Below, one piece after another: positions 27,822 to 38,329 of a DNA stretch of 64,000 nucleotides (position 1 is its first letter; each line of letters starts with the position of its first letter). The notes beneath the pieces are model-generated. The model was not told the origin of the DNA. It did not search any database and saw only the letters and a list, made by a program, of their open reading frames with translations. This DNA comes from Minisyncoccia bacterium (GTDB lineage: Bacteria; Patescibacteriota; Minisyncoccia; Phycocordibacterales; UBA9973): positions 78,118 to 142,117 of the forward strand of contig JBBRWS010000002.1 of the NCBI GenBank assembly GCA_038249055.1, read 5' to 3'. Both the position numbers and the translations under genes were made by a program.

Positions 27822-28559
27822 ATGAAACTTATCTCACTAAACATAGAACTTAACAGGCATCACGAACTCGTGTTGCCTTTTCTTAAAAAAGAGAAAGCAG
27901 ATGTAATCTGCTTGCAAGAACTTTTAGAAGAGGATTTTGAAATGTATAAGAAAGAACTTGGAATGGATGGAGTTATTAGAATTACTAGTTATATTGATGA
28001 TAGTGTTCACTTGGAATCAAAAGGCAAAAGAGAGGGAACAGCCATTTTTTCTAAAAAAATAGAAGACTCAGGTTATTTTTTTCATGTTGGTAGTTTGGAA
28101 AAAATAGAAAGATCTTTTGAAGAATATGTAAATGATGAGTATCTGGTAAAACCGCGTGCTTTATTATGGGTAGATATTAAAGATGACAAAGGTAATGTTT
28201 TTAAGATTATAACTTCACATCTAACTATTACTCATCATGGAGAAGTGAGCTCTGTTCAAATTGATGCTAATGAAATATTTATAAATCAAGCAAAGAGTCT
28301 CGGTGAATTTATTTTATGCGGAGATACTAATGCACCTCGGGGTAGAGCAGCATTTGATAGAATGGCAAAAGAATTTAAAGATAATATTCCCGCTTTATAT
28401 AAGACTAGTCTAGATAGAGATTTACATAGGGCAAAAGGAGTAGATTTTATGGTTGATTGTCTTTTTACGACTCCTTTATATTTTGCTAAAAATGTAGAAT
28501 TAAAAGGTGGAGTTAGTGACCATATGGCAGTAGTTTCAGAAATTTATAAAGTGGAATAA
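27822..28559 (+). CDS. Endonuclease/exonuclease/phosphatase family protein
   Basis: ISLNI, DVICLQE, GDTN, SDH. Confidence 0.88.
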   Translation: MKLISLNIELNRHHELVLPFLKKEKADVICLQELLEEDFEMYKKELGMDGVIRITSYIDDSVHLESKGKREGTAIFSKKIEDSGYFFHVGSLEKIERSFEEYVNDEYLVKPRALLWVDIKDDKGNVFKIITSHLTITHHGEVSSVQIDANEIFINQAKSLGEFILCGDTNAPRGRAAFDRMAKEFKDNIPALYKTSLDRDLHRAKGVDFMVDCLFTTPLYFAKNVELKGGVSDHMAVVSEIYKVE

Positions 28560-28592
28560 TCTTAACTTTTTTAAATAAGTAATTTAAGTAAA

Positions 28593-29111
28593 ATGAATAC
28601 TCTTTTGCATACAAAAAATATTTCTCAAGGTAAAGAGAATTATAAAGTTGAAACATATTTAGCAGATACAATCCCATCTGTTTCAGATTGTTCGTCTGTA
28701 TATGCTTTTGTTTTTAAAAATGGAGAATTCTTACAAACAGAACTTCGTAAAGGTGAACGCCCCAAAAGGATGTTTGATATTCCAGGTGGACATATAGATA
28801 AAGATGAAAGCCCAGAAGATGCTGTTGTTAGAGAAACATTTGAAGAAACGGGTGTTATAGTAAGTGTTAATAAAATAGTCGCATATAAAAAAGTGACGTT
28901 AATGGGTTTAAAACCAGATAATTATCGTTATTCTTATCCTATCAGTTATATGACATTTTATATTTGTGAAGTAATAGAGGAAACTCCGTTTGAGGGCAAT
29001 GAAGAAACTCACGGAAGATTATGGCTGAAGTTTGAAGATTTTGAAAAATCAGAATGGTGTATTAATAACAAAATTTTATTTGAGGAGGTCATTAAAAGTT
29101 TAAATTTATAA
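28593..29111 (+). CDS. NUDIX hydrolase
   Basis: PGGHIDKDE...RETFEETG. Confidence 0.88.
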   Translation: MNTLLHTKNISQGKENYKVETYLADTIPSVSDCSSVYAFVFKNGEFLQTELRKGERPKRMFDIPGGHIDKDESPEDAVVRETFEETGVIVSVNKIVAYKKVTLMGLKPDNYRYSYPISYMTFYICEVIEETPFEGNEETHGRLWLKFEDFEKSEWCINNKILFEEVIKSLNL

Positions 29112-29162
29112 ATACTATAAATTAGTATTACCACCAGTAATAAAATTTAGTATAATGAGATA

Positions 29163-29846
29163 ATGGAATTAAAAAATAAAGTCGTTGTTATTACAGGAGG
29201 TACTAAAGGGATAGGAAAGGCACTCGCAATTTTATTTAAAAATAACAATGCAAATGTTGTTATCTGTGGAGATAAAGAAGAAGAATTCGAAGATATTTCA
29301 AACAAAGAAATTTTAGCAATAAAGGCAGATGTAACAAAAGAGGATGATTTAAATAACTTACTAAAAATTGTTGTAGAAAAATTTGGCGAAGTAGATTTAT
29401 GGATTAATAATGCTGGAGTTTGGATGCCTTATGCACCCATCGAAGAAACAGACTGGAAAAGAGCTCACGCACTAATGGAGGTTAATTTATTTGGAACTAT
29501 TTATGGTTCTAAAGTTGCTTTGATTCAGATGAGAAAACAAGGTTTTGGAATGATAATGAATATTTTGTCCGTTAGAGCACTAGGGGGGATTGCAGGAGCT
29601 TCTGCTTACTGTGCGAGTAAATATGCTGCAAATGGTTTTACTCAATCATTAATAAAAGAAGTTGAGGGAACAAATATAAAAGTTATTTCTGTTTATCCTG
29701 AAAAAATAAAAACTAATTTATTTGATGAAAAAAGACCAAGTAATTATGATGAATATATGGATTCAGATACAGCCGCAAATGAAATTATAGAAAATCTTAA
29801 AAAGGAACCACCCGAAGAAAAATTAATTGTTAAACGCAATAATTAA
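29163..29846 (+). CDS. Short-chain dehydrogenase/reductase
   Basis: TGGTKGIG, NNAG, YCASK. Confidence 0.92.
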   Translation: MELKNKVVVITGGTKGIGKALAILFKNNNANVVICGDKEEEFEDISNKEILAIKADVTKEDDLNNLLKIVVEKFGEVDLWINNAGVWMPYAPIEETDWKRAHALMEVNLFGTIYGSKVALIQMRKQGFGMIMNILSVRALGGIAGASAYCASKYAANGFTQSLIKEVEGTNIKVISVYPEKIKTNLFDEKRPSNYDEYMDSDTAANEIIENLKKEPPEEKLIVKRNN

Positions 29847-29891
29847 ATAAATTTAAAATGAGCGGCTTCAAAAAGAAGTCGCTCATTTTTA

Positions 29892-30557
29892 TTATTGTTC
29901 TATTTTATAGAACGATGGAACTTGTAAAGAATTATGGTTTATTCCATCCCAAGTAATCATGTCGTTGACCACTAGGTTGGTGATTTTAGCCTGGTACAGA
30001 TGTTCATATTCGTTTACTCTTCTTGCGAGAGTTTCCGGATTTTCATCATCGTTGATTGGGACTTTAATTCTTGCAAAGGCAGGGCCATTGTCATACTTTT
30101 CATCAATAAAGTGCATTGTGATTTCAGTGTCTGTGATTTCACCTTTTTTGAAAGATTCAATTACTGCCTTATGGACATTGTGACCATAAAAACCATTACC
30201 TCCAAATGCAGGTAAGGGTCCCGGGTGAATATTAAAAACTGTTTTTGAGTTAAAATTTGTTTTTAAATCAAGTCCAGAAATTAATTTAATCCATCCTGAT
30301 AGGGCAAAATAATCAGCACCAGATTTGATGGCTATTTCCTGGTAATTTTTTCCTGTCCAAGGCTCTGGGAAGTGGATAAAAGATATACCAAGTTTGTCGG
30401 CTCTTTCGCGTACACCACCATACTCATGATTTGATACGACTCCTACGATGTCAGCATGGAGTATTTCTTTGCGAGTAGCCTCAACCAATTTTTCAAACCC
30501 AGAGCCACCTCCGTTAGTGGTTCCTGATGCAAATACTAAAATTCTCGGTTTAAACAT
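29892..30557 (-). CDS. purN: Phosphoribosylglycinamide formyltransferase-like protein
   Basis: FASG..GS, NIHPGPLPAFGG, H...YDNGP. Confidence 0.8.
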   Translation of the reverse strand: MFKPRILVFASGTTNGGGSGFEKLVEATRKEILHADIVGVVSNHEYGGVRERADKLGISFIHFPEPWTGKNYQEIAIKSGADYFALSGWIKLISGLDLKTNFNSKTVFNIHPGPLPAFGGNGFYGHNVHKAVIESFKKGEITDTEITMHFIDEKYDNGPAFARIKVPINDDENPETLARRVNEYEHLYQAKITNLVVNDMITWDGINHNSLQVPSFYKIEQ

Positions 30558-30680
30558 AATTCAAGTTTTAAAGGTTTAAAATTCAATTTCCTTCATATTA
30601 CAAATTATCAGTTTTTTGTCAATTTAATCATCTTATCTAATTATGTAAATTATTAATAGATTTGATATAATTAGGTTGCT

Positions 30681-31187
30681 TTGAACACAGATATATCTTT
30701 GCAAAACACTAAAAAAATAAGACTTATTTCAGCGATTATTATTTCTGTATATTTTGTATACTATTGTTTTTCTTTTATGGAATGGCATTTTATTGATAAT
30801 ATTAATCTTATTATTCATGAAGCAGGGCACTCCGTGTTTATTTTTTTTGGTGATTTTATAAATATTTTATCTGGGTCTTTATTCCAGATATTATTTCCTT
30901 TTGTTTTTGTATTGTACTTTTATAAAAAACAGGAATATTTTTCTGCCTCACTTTTATTATTTTGGGTAGGTCAAAATATTATTAATGTTTCTGTTTATGC
31001 TTCCGATGCACAGACTATGCAGTTACCACTTTTAGGCGGGGAACATGATTGGAATTATTTATTACAAACGACCGGGTTGCTTGGTTATACTAATATGATT
31101 GGTTCTAGTATGTATGCCATAGGTGTTATTGTTATAGTTCTAGCTATTTGTCTATCCCTTGTTACCTCTTTAGATAAAAAATTTTAA
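30681..31187 (+). CDS. Membrane protein with HEAGH (M50-like) motif
   Basis: IHEAGH, HDWNY, multiple TM segments; TTG start after TATAAT. Confidence 0.7.
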   Translation: MNTDISLQNTKKIRLISAIIISVYFVYYCFSFMEWHFIDNINLIIHEAGHSVFIFFGDFINILSGSLFQILFPFVFVLYFYKKQEYFSASLLLFWVGQNIINVSVYASDAQTMQLPLLGGEHDWNYLLQTTGLLGYTNMIGSSMYAIGVIVIVLAICLSLVTSLDKKF

Positions 31188-31292
31188 ATTTTATGAAAAA
31201 TTAGAAAGAGATATTTAAAATAAAATATAAAATACCACTCATAATAAATTATGAGTGGTATTTTATATTTGCCCTGTCTTTATAGTTATTAA

Positions 31293-32423
31293 TTAGTTAT
31301 AAAAAGTGAATTCACTAGATACAACTGCATTTTTTAGAGCATCAGCAGACTTTAAAATAAAGTGATAGATTGTGCTTGATACTAAACCGGGGATGCTAAT
31401 TGAGTGTTCTTTTACTAATTTGTCATCAGTGATAGAAGCTGTTGCGGTATTGTTTATATCAACTGATATTCCTGTTGAATAAAAAATACTTGAAGTCGAA
31501 GGTTCGTTAGTAACCCAAGATATTGTTGTATTAGTTGCACTGATTGTCTTTGTAACTCCACTGATTACTGGAGCTGTTACATCAACAATCACTACTGGGT
31601 TAACTGTAATTTTTAGTAAAGAAGAAGTTTCTTTACCCTCAGTATTTTTTACTATAAATTTTGCTACATATGTTCCTGGAACTTCGTATATATGAGTAAA
31701 TGTTGCAGTTTTAATAAATACTGGTTCGGGTTGTGCTATAACCGCGTCACCGGAAGTTATTTTAGTATCTCCCCAGTTAACAGCATAACTTAATTCACTA
31801 TTTTTTGGGTCGTAAGCTTTTACTGTAACGGTTTCATTTTCTCCAACTGCAATAGTTGTAAGTCCTGTTAACTCTGTAATAACAGGTTTAACAGATTCAT
31901 AATTTTTTAATGAAGTTGTGAATGAAATTTCAGAAGATGTTATTGTTCCTTCATCATTTGTAGATTTAATTATTACATAATATTTTGTATTTTCTTCTAA
32001 GTTCTTTAATACAATTTTATGTTTTAAAACTTCAGACTTACGAGAATAATTTGATTTTACTGAAGTATCTATATTTGATGTTTTACTGTACCAAATAGCA
32101 CTATCAGCTTTTATATCAGTATTCCAATATATGAAAGCTTTATGTGATTTAATTTTAGCTACTTTTAAATCACTTATTGTTGGCACTTTATTAATAATAC
32201 TGTCTTCGTCTTCTTCATGGTCTTCACGATATTTGGATATTCTATTCCAAATAGAGTTAGAATTATCTTTTTTATCAGAAAACTTGTTTATATTTTTTTC
32301 TATACCTGATTTATTCTCACGGTTGTTTTTAATATCTTTATCACTTGCAAAAGTTATTGCAGGTGCGGACATTATAACAGCGGCCATAAGAGAACCGGCT
32401 ATTAATGATTTGTAATTTTTCAT
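31293..32423 (-). CDS. Secreted protein with fibronectin-III-like and PKD-like domains
   Basis: Signal peptide; W.T...L...TKYY FN3-type repeats; VNWGD...HIY...G.Y PKD motif. Confidence 0.75.
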   Translation of the reverse strand: MKNYKSLIAGSLMAAVIMSAPAITFASDKDIKNNRENKSGIEKNINKFSDKKDNSNSIWNRISKYREDHEEDEDSIINKVPTISDLKVAKIKSHKAFIYWNTDIKADSAIWYSKTSNIDTSVKSNYSRKSEVLKHKIVLKNLEENTKYYVIIKSTNDEGTITSSEISFTTSLKNYESVKPVITELTGLTTIAVGENETVTVKAYDPKNSELSYAVNWGDTKITSGDAVIAQPEPVFIKTATFTHIYEVPGTYVAKFIVKNTEGKETSSLLKITVNPVVIVDVTAPVISGVTKTISATNTTISWVTNEPSTSSIFYSTGISVDINNTATASITDDKLVKEHSISIPGLVSSTIYHFILKSADALKNAVVSSEFTFYN

Positions 32424-32493
32424 TTTATTTATAATCTATTAATTAATAATTTATATTGAACATATATCCAATATGCGACCTCACAATAGGGTA

Positions 32494-32589
32494 GACGCTT
32501 TAGGTTAGAAACTTCTTACATGGACATTTATGTCTTTATGTTGTATTTTGGGTATATGAATGATGTAAGAAATATACAGTTAATACGTC
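32494..32589. promoter_or_regulatory. Divergent pair of putative ECF promoters TGTAAGAA-N14/15-CGTC
   Basis: + strand 32564-32589 before the sigma ATG; - strand 32520-32494 before the FN3 gene. Confidence 0.65.
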
Positions 32590-32596
32590 ACACTGT

Positions 32597-33139
32597 ATGA
32601 AGGTGAATATTGAGCGTACATTTGAAGCAATATATGAAAGTGAATCAGATGCTATATTTAGATTTTGTTTAATTCGTGTATCTAATCGTGAACAAGCATT
32701 AGATATTACTCAAGAAACATTTCTAAGATTATGGAAAAGTTTACTTGAAGACAAGGAAATTCTTAATAATAAAGCATTCATTTTCACAATTGCTAGACGT
32801 CTTATTATTGATTGGTATCGCAAAAAGAAAAGTTTCTCATTAGACAGCTTAATGTTTGCGGGGGATGAAGGCGGATACGATGTTTTAGATGAAAAAACTA
32901 CAGAAAAGAATATTTTATTAGGTGTTGAAGGTAGACACTTGATAGATCAAATTGATAAATTAAATACTTCTTATCGTGAGCCTTTATATTTAAGATTTGT
33001 AGAAGATTTGTCACCACCTGAAATTGGAGAAATTCTAGGCATCTCTACCAACGCGGCATCAGTTAGAATAAATAGAGGAATCACAGAGTTAAGAAAAATA
33101 TCTGGTTATGATATAGATAAAGATGAATTAGAATTATGA
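32597..33139 (+). CDS. ECF RNA polymerase sigma factor
   Basis: DITQETF, region 2.4 IIDWYRK, region 4 HTH EIGEILGIS. Confidence 0.92.
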   Translation: MKVNIERTFEAIYESESDAIFRFCLIRVSNREQALDITQETFLRLWKSLLEDKEILNNKAFIFTIARRLIIDWYRKKKSFSLDSLMFAGDEGGYDVLDEKTTEKNILLGVEGRHLIDQIDKLNTSYREPLYLRFVEDLSPPEIGEILGISTNAASVRINRGITELRKISGYDIDKDELEL

Positions 33140-34107
33140 AAAATAAAAAATTAAACAATGGAATAAGTGAAATAAGAAAAATCACCATGACAGGTGATGA
33201 AAAAAAACGCATATTTGATAATGTATTAAGCTATACAATTCCAGAAAAAAAATTCATCAAAAGTCCTTGGATTAGTGAAGTGTTTGTTTCTATACTATAT
33301 AAGAAAAATTTAGCCTTTTATATAATAGTTCCTTTGCTTGTTGTGTTATCTAGTGGCGGAATCGTTTTTGCTTCACAAGAAAGTTTACCCAATAGTATAT
33401 TTTATCCAATTAAGGTAAATGTTATTGAGCCTGTAAAAGGAGCTCTTACTTTTTCTTTAAAAAATAAAGCAAAATATGAGAGCAGTTTAGCCAGAGAGCG
33501 TTTAATTGAAGCTGAAATTTTAGCAAGTCAAAATAAACTCGATTCAACTAATGAAAAAAGAATTAACAAGCTATTAATGGACCATACTAATGGACTAGAT
33601 AAAACTTTAGATAAAATTGATAAATCAGATTCTGACATAGATACAAACGAAATAATTACAAATTTTAGAGCAGAAATGAATGCACACTCTAAGGTTTTAG
33701 AAAATATTCAAATTCAAAAAGAAGATAAAAATGATTCTGATAATGAAGATAACAAAGTATACAAAGAAGCACGAAAAAGTTCAGATAAAATTAGAAATTA
33801 TAAAAATATTAAAGATTTAAACGATTCAGATAAATATTTAAAAAGAAAAGAATCAGTTGAATTGCTTATAAATAATATAGATAAAGATTTTAAAATTAAG
33901 TCACTTGATGATGAAAAAGAAAAAAATACAGAGACACAAAAAACTATAAATGAAGCAAAAAAATATATGGAAGAGGTGTATGAAAATGAAAAAGTGGGGA
34001 GTATAGAAGAGGCCTACGAGGCTCTTTTGGATTCAGAGAGTTATATTAAAGAGGCTAATATCTTATCAAACGAAGAATCAAAAAATAAAAATGACGATGA
34101 AGATTAA
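33136..34107 (+). CDS. Putative anti-sigma factor (DUF5667-like ectodomain)
   Basis: Overlaps the sigma stop; one TM followed by SLPNSIFYPIK. Confidence 0.75.
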   Translation: MKNKKLNNGISEIRKITMTGDEKKRIFDNVLSYTIPEKKFIKSPWISEVFVSILYKKNLAFYIIVPLLVVLSSGGIVFASQESLPNSIFYPIKVNVIEPVKGALTFSLKNKAKYESSLARERLIEAEILASQNKLDSTNEKRINKLLMDHTNGLDKTLDKIDKSDSDIDTNEIITNFRAEMNAHSKVLENIQIQKEDKNDSDNEDNKVYKEARKSSDKIRNYKNIKDLNDSDKYLKRKESVELLINNIDKDFKIKSLDDEKEKNTETQKTINEAKKYMEEVYENEKVGSIEEAYEALLDSESYIKEANILSNEESKNKNDDED

Positions 34108-34228
34108 GAAATAAAGATTTTAAATAATCATCTTGTATGTAAAACTTGCTTTTTATTTATAAAAAGGTATAATACTTGCTATAATCATAATAACTTGTCT
34201 AATATTAGCAGGTAAATAAATAAAATAT

Positions 34229-34807
34229 ATGGGAAACTATCAAGGAGGAGGCGGTGGAGGTAACAGAGGCGGCGGCGGTTTTAGAGGTGGAAATAGTGGT
34301 GGAGGAAGACCTAGTTTCCGTGGAGGAGACAGAGGTGAAGTTACAATGCACAAAGCTATTTGTGACGAATGTAAAAAGAGCTGTGAAGTTCCTTTTCGTC
34401 CATCAGGTGATAAGCCTGTATACTGTTCCGATTGTTTTAGTAGTAAAAGAGAAGACGGAGATAGAGGCGGTGATCGTGGCCCAAGAAGAGATTTTGGAGA
34501 TCGTGCACCTAAAAGAGATTTTAATGATAGACCAGCTCCATCTTTTGCTAAACCAGCATCAATGCCTACGAGTGATGCAGTTACAAAACAATTAAGTGAA
34601 ATAAGTACAAAACTTGATCGTCTTACAAGTGCAATCGAAAAACTTACTCAACCTAAGACAGAAGCCAAGCAAGCTTCAGTAGTAGCTAAAGTAGAAGTTA
34701 AAAAAGCTCCAGCTGTTAAAGTTGCAGCAAAGAAAGTAGTTGCAGTAAAAGCTCCAGCTGTTAAAGTTGCAGCAAAGAAAGTAGTTGCAAAGAAGAAGAC
34801 TAAATAA
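34229..34807 (+). CDS. CxxC-x17-CxxC zinc-ribbon protein with Gly/Arg-rich head and Lys/Ala-rich tail
   Basis: CDECKKSCEVPFRPSGDKPVYCSDCF; 45-bp tandem repeat at 34702-34789. Confidence 0.88.
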   Translation: MGNYQGGGGGGNRGGGGFRGGNSGGGRPSFRGGDRGEVTMHKAICDECKKSCEVPFRPSGDKPVYCSDCFSSKREDGDRGGDRGPRRDFGDRAPKRDFNDRPAPSFAKPASMPTSDAVTKQLSEISTKLDRLTSAIEKLTQPKTEAKQASVVAKVEVKKAPAVKVAAKKVVAVKAPAVKVAAKKVVAKKKTK

Positions 34808-34933
34808 GCGATTCCGCTTATCGTCCGAACTTTTGTTTTCAAAAGTTTTAGGAAATAATTTAATTATTTTAAATAAAAGCCCTCAATTGAGGGCTTTTAT
34901 TTTTTGTCTGATTATACATGTTATAATATAAAT

Positions 34934-35203
34934 ATGTATTTTATTTATATTTTAGAGTGCTCAGATAAAAGTCTTTATACCGGATCCACAAATGATCTAG
35001 AAAAAAGACTCCATAAGCACAACAATTTAAAATCCGGAGCGCATTATACTAAAATACGCCGACCCGTAGTTCTAAAATATTCAGAAGAATTTGATACTTT
35101 AAAAGAAGCTAGGAGAAGAGAGGCCGAACTTAAAAGGTGGAGCAGAATTAAAAAATTAAATTTGATATCAATGTGTTTAGATGATAATGACATAAAAGAT
35201 TAG
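34934..35203 (+). CDS. GIY-YIG nuclease (UPF0213-like)
   Basis: YFIYILEC..SLYTGST..GAHYTK.RRPV. Confidence 0.88.
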   Translation: MYFIYILECSDKSLYTGSTNDLEKRLHKHNNLKSGAHYTKIRRPVVLKYSEEFDTLKEARRREAELKRWSRIKKLNLISMCLDDNDIKD

Positions 35204-35284
35204 GTGCTGAGCATAGTAGTGCGAATGCGGGGAAATAAAAAGAATGAATAGGGAGGAAAAGATTAAATTAATTCTCAACAAATA

Positions 35285-35854
35285 ATGGAAAAGACCATAC
35301 AACTCGATAAACAAAATTTAAATTATACTTTAAAGCTGAGCAATAGATCAAAGAATATCAGACTCTCTATTCACAGAAATGGAAGTTGTGTAGTCACAAC
35401 CCCAAGGTATATTCCTCAATTTATCATTAATAATTTTTTAAAATCTAAGTCAGATTGGATTATAGGTAAAATGGAGTATTTTTTGAAATTTAAAGGAAGT
35501 ACTTTTAAAAAAGGAACTAAATCTGATTATTTAAAATATAAAAAAGAGGCGCTAATAATCGTAAATAATAGACTCGAATATTTTAATACATTTTATGGGC
35601 ATAAATGGAATAATATTGTTATTAGAAATCAGAGTACCAGATGGGGGAGTTGTTCTAGAAAAGGTAATTTAAATTTTAATTATAAGATAGCATTACTGCC
35701 AGAAAAGGCGTCTAATTATATTATTGTACATGAGCTATGTCATCTTGGGGAATTTAATCACTCTAAAAATTTTTGGAATCTAGTATCTAAAACAATACCG
35801 AATTATAAAGAAATTAGAAAACAATTAAAAAATAATGGATTTATTCTTGAATAA
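35285..35854 (+). CDS. YgjP/DUF45 zinc metalloprotein
   Basis: TRWGSCS, VHELCHL, NHSKNFW. Confidence 0.9.
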   Translation: MEKTIQLDKQNLNYTLKLSNRSKNIRLSIHRNGSCVVTTPRYIPQFIINNFLKSKSDWIIGKMEYFLKFKGSTFKKGTKSDYLKYKKEALIIVNNRLEYFNTFYGHKWNNIVIRNQSTRWGSCSRKGNLNFNYKIALLPEKASNYIIVHELCHLGEFNHSKNFWNLVSKTIPNYKEIRKQLKNNGFILE

Positions 35855-35961
35855 TTCTGTGCTAGGCAAGACATAGTGCAGAGACCTATTACAGAAAATA
35901 TAATTCAATTATGCATAAATCCTTTCAATTTACCTCAAAATAAGGTAAAGTGATAACCTAT

Positions 35962-37434
35962 ATGGCTCAAGGAGAAGTAGTAGTACGTTTTGAAAAGGTT
36001 TCATTTGAATATGGACACAACAAGCCAATTTTGGATGCTGTAGATTTTTCGATACGACGCGGAATGAAAGTCACAATAATGGGACAAAATGGTGCTGGTA
36101 AAAGTACTATATTTTCATTAATAACAGGAGAACAGGTTCCCGAAGATGGCCAAATACACAGAGCTCAGAGAACAACAATTGCTCTTTCTCGTCAAGTAAT
36201 TCCCCGTGATGAGTTAGGACTAACAGTTCGGGAATTTTTTGAAAAATGTTTTTCAGAAAAAGTATATGATATTGACCCTAAAATAGATGATGTACTCGAG
36301 GTTGTTAATTTGAAAGGACACGAAAAAGTGCACGAAAGAATTGTCTCATCTTTTTCGGGTGGTCAACAGGCACGCTTACTTCTTGCATCTGCTCTTATTC
36401 AAGAACCAGATATATTGCTTTTAGATGAACCAACAAATAATTTAGACAAAGCAGGGATTGCACACCTTACAGATTTTCTAGTTAAATACAAAAAGACAGT
36501 TATCGTTATTTCTCACGATGCGGAATTTTTAAATAGATTCACTGATGCAGTTTTATATTTAGATCTTTATACAAAAAAAATTGAACAATATGTAGGTAAC
36601 TACACAGATGTAAGAGATCAAATAGCGGCAAGAATGGAAAGAGAAAATCGTAAAAACGCGATGCTTTCAAAAGAAATCTTGGCTAAAAAAGAACAAGCAA
36701 ATGCCTTTGCTATGAAGGGAGGTAACTTACGTGCTGTTGCAAAGAGAATGAGAGAACTTGCTGAAACTTTAGAAGAGGAAAAAGTAGATGTAAGGAAAGA
36801 AGATAAAACTATTCGACCTTTTACTATTCCTGTTCAGGAAAATATAATAGGAGACCTTGTAACTTTTTCATCTATCTCAATATATAAAAATCATAAAATA
36901 AAAAAAATAAAGGCAAGCATAAAGCTTCGTAAAAATAAACACTTATTACTTTCAGGTCCAAATGGAATAGGGAAGAGTACCTTACTTGAATTAATTGCAA
37001 AAAGAGATGCCGAAGGAATATTTATATCACCCGATGTTCGGATAGGATATTATCGTCAGGATTTTTCAACTCTAAATTTTAATGATACAGTTTATGAAGC
37101 TCTAGCGAATACAACCAGAATTGTAGAAGGACGTGTAAACGAAGAGGCCATCCGCTCTACAGTAGCAGGGTTTCTAATTACAGGAGATATGGTCCACACT
37201 AGGATTGGTAGTCTGTCTGAAGGACAGAAAGGACTCGTTGCTTTTGCTCAACTTGTACTTACTCGACCAGGACTTTTAATTCTTGATGAGCCGACAAATC
37301 ATATAAATTTTCGTCACTTACCTGTTATAGCAAAGGCACTTTCTGAATATCAAGGGGCAATGATTCTCGTATCTCACACTCCTGAGTTTGTGGAACAAAT
37401 TCGCATTGATGAAATATTGGACTTAGATAAATAA
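35962..37434 (+). CDS. ABC-F family ATPase
   Basis: Two nucleotide-binding domains (GQNGAGKST/DEPTNN; GPNGIGKST/DEPTNH), no TM segments. Confidence 0.9.
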   Translation: MAQGEVVVRFEKVSFEYGHNKPILDAVDFSIRRGMKVTIMGQNGAGKSTIFSLITGEQVPEDGQIHRAQRTTIALSRQVIPRDELGLTVREFFEKCFSEKVYDIDPKIDDVLEVVNLKGHEKVHERIVSSFSGGQQARLLLASALIQEPDILLLDEPTNNLDKAGIAHLTDFLVKYKKTVIVISHDAEFLNRFTDAVLYLDLYTKKIEQYVGNYTDVRDQIAARMERENRKNAMLSKEILAKKEQANAFAMKGGNLRAVAKRMRELAETLEEEKVDVRKEDKTIRPFTIPVQENIIGDLVTFSSISIYKNHKIKKIKASIKLRKNKHLLLSGPNGIGKSTLLELIAKRDAEGIFISPDVRIGYYRQDFSTLNFNDTVYEALANTTRIVEGRVNEEAIRSTVAGFLITGDMVHTRIGSLSEGQKGLVAFAQLVLTRPGLLILDEPTNHINFRHLPVIAKALSEYQGAMILVSHTPEFVEQIRIDEILDLDK

Positions 37435-37566
37435 AAATAGCCCATAAGGTTAATTTGCTAACCGAAGGTCATATGTCTATGGGAGACTCTGATCTTGATT
37501 GAAAAAAACATTGAGGTGATTTATTGTAATCACCTCAATGTTTTTTTTGTTCTAATTTTATTTGTA

Positions 37567-38208
37567 TTAAATAAACTCAACTACATCATTAAAGTCTCTT
37601 CTAACTTTTGGATAGTTACTAGTTGTGTCTTCACCTCTATATCCAATTGTTAAAATTGATGATGATTTTAAATTTTTTTCTTTCAATTGTAGTATTTCAT
37701 CAACTTTTTCAAATTGAAATCCTTCCATTGGGCAAGTATCAATATCTAAGAGAGATGCAGTTTCTATCATAATTCCTAGTGGAATATAAGTTTGATTTTT
37801 AACCCAAGCATCCAATGTACCATCTGCAAGTTTTTGAGCAACACTATTCTCTAGCATTGATTTAAATCCATCAAGTTTTTCTAAATCCATGTTTCTTATT
37901 TTGGAAATTCTATTTATTGTTTCATTTGTTAAACTTACAGCACTATCTGTTCTATATGTTATTACAATTAAATGTGAGGCCTCAGTAATTTGAGATTGAC
38001 CGTAAGCCGCTACTTTTAGTTTTTCTTTTAAAGTCTCATTTTTTACTACAATAAATTTCCACATTTCACTCCCATAAGAACTAGGAGCTAAGCGTGCAGC
38101 TTCTAAAATAATATTAATATCTTCTTCTGATACTTTTTTATTTGTATCGAATACCTTTGTTGCGTAACGCCAATTTAATGATTTTAGTATTTTTTCTTTT
38201 ATTTCCAT
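37567..38208 (-). CDS. Nitroreductase family protein
   Basis: WRYATKVFD, LAPSS, CPMEGF, PKVR. Confidence 0.92.
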   Translation of the reverse strand: MEIKEKILKSLNWRYATKVFDTNKKVSEEDINIILEAARLAPSSYGSEMWKFIVVKNETLKEKLKVAAYGQSQITEASHLIVITYRTDSAVSLTNETINRISKIRNMDLEKLDGFKSMLENSVAQKLADGTLDAWVKNQTYIPLGIMIETASLLDIDTCPMEGFQFEKVDEILQLKEKNLKSSSILTIGYRGEDTTSNYPKVRRDFNDVVEFI

Positions 38209-38289
38209 ATCATTTAATATAATTATTATTATAAATATATTATACTCAAATAATTAAACAATATCCATTTATTTAATGAGTTTTGTCAA

Positions 38290-38316
38290 TGAGACAAAAC
38301 AGTTAAGATGTGCGTA
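38290..38316 (+). promoter_or_regulatory. Putative ECF autoregulatory promoter TGAGACAA-N13-TGCGTA
   Basis: Matches TGAGATAA-N13-TGCGTA at 39641-39667. Confidence 0.65.
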
Positions 38317-38329
38317 TAATAGGTGAGTA

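Noticed and set aside
35204-35890. Weak similarity between the flanks of the YgjP gene (GTGCT...CATAGT..GC)
   Set aside because: Too short and gapped to support a repeat or insertion boundary.
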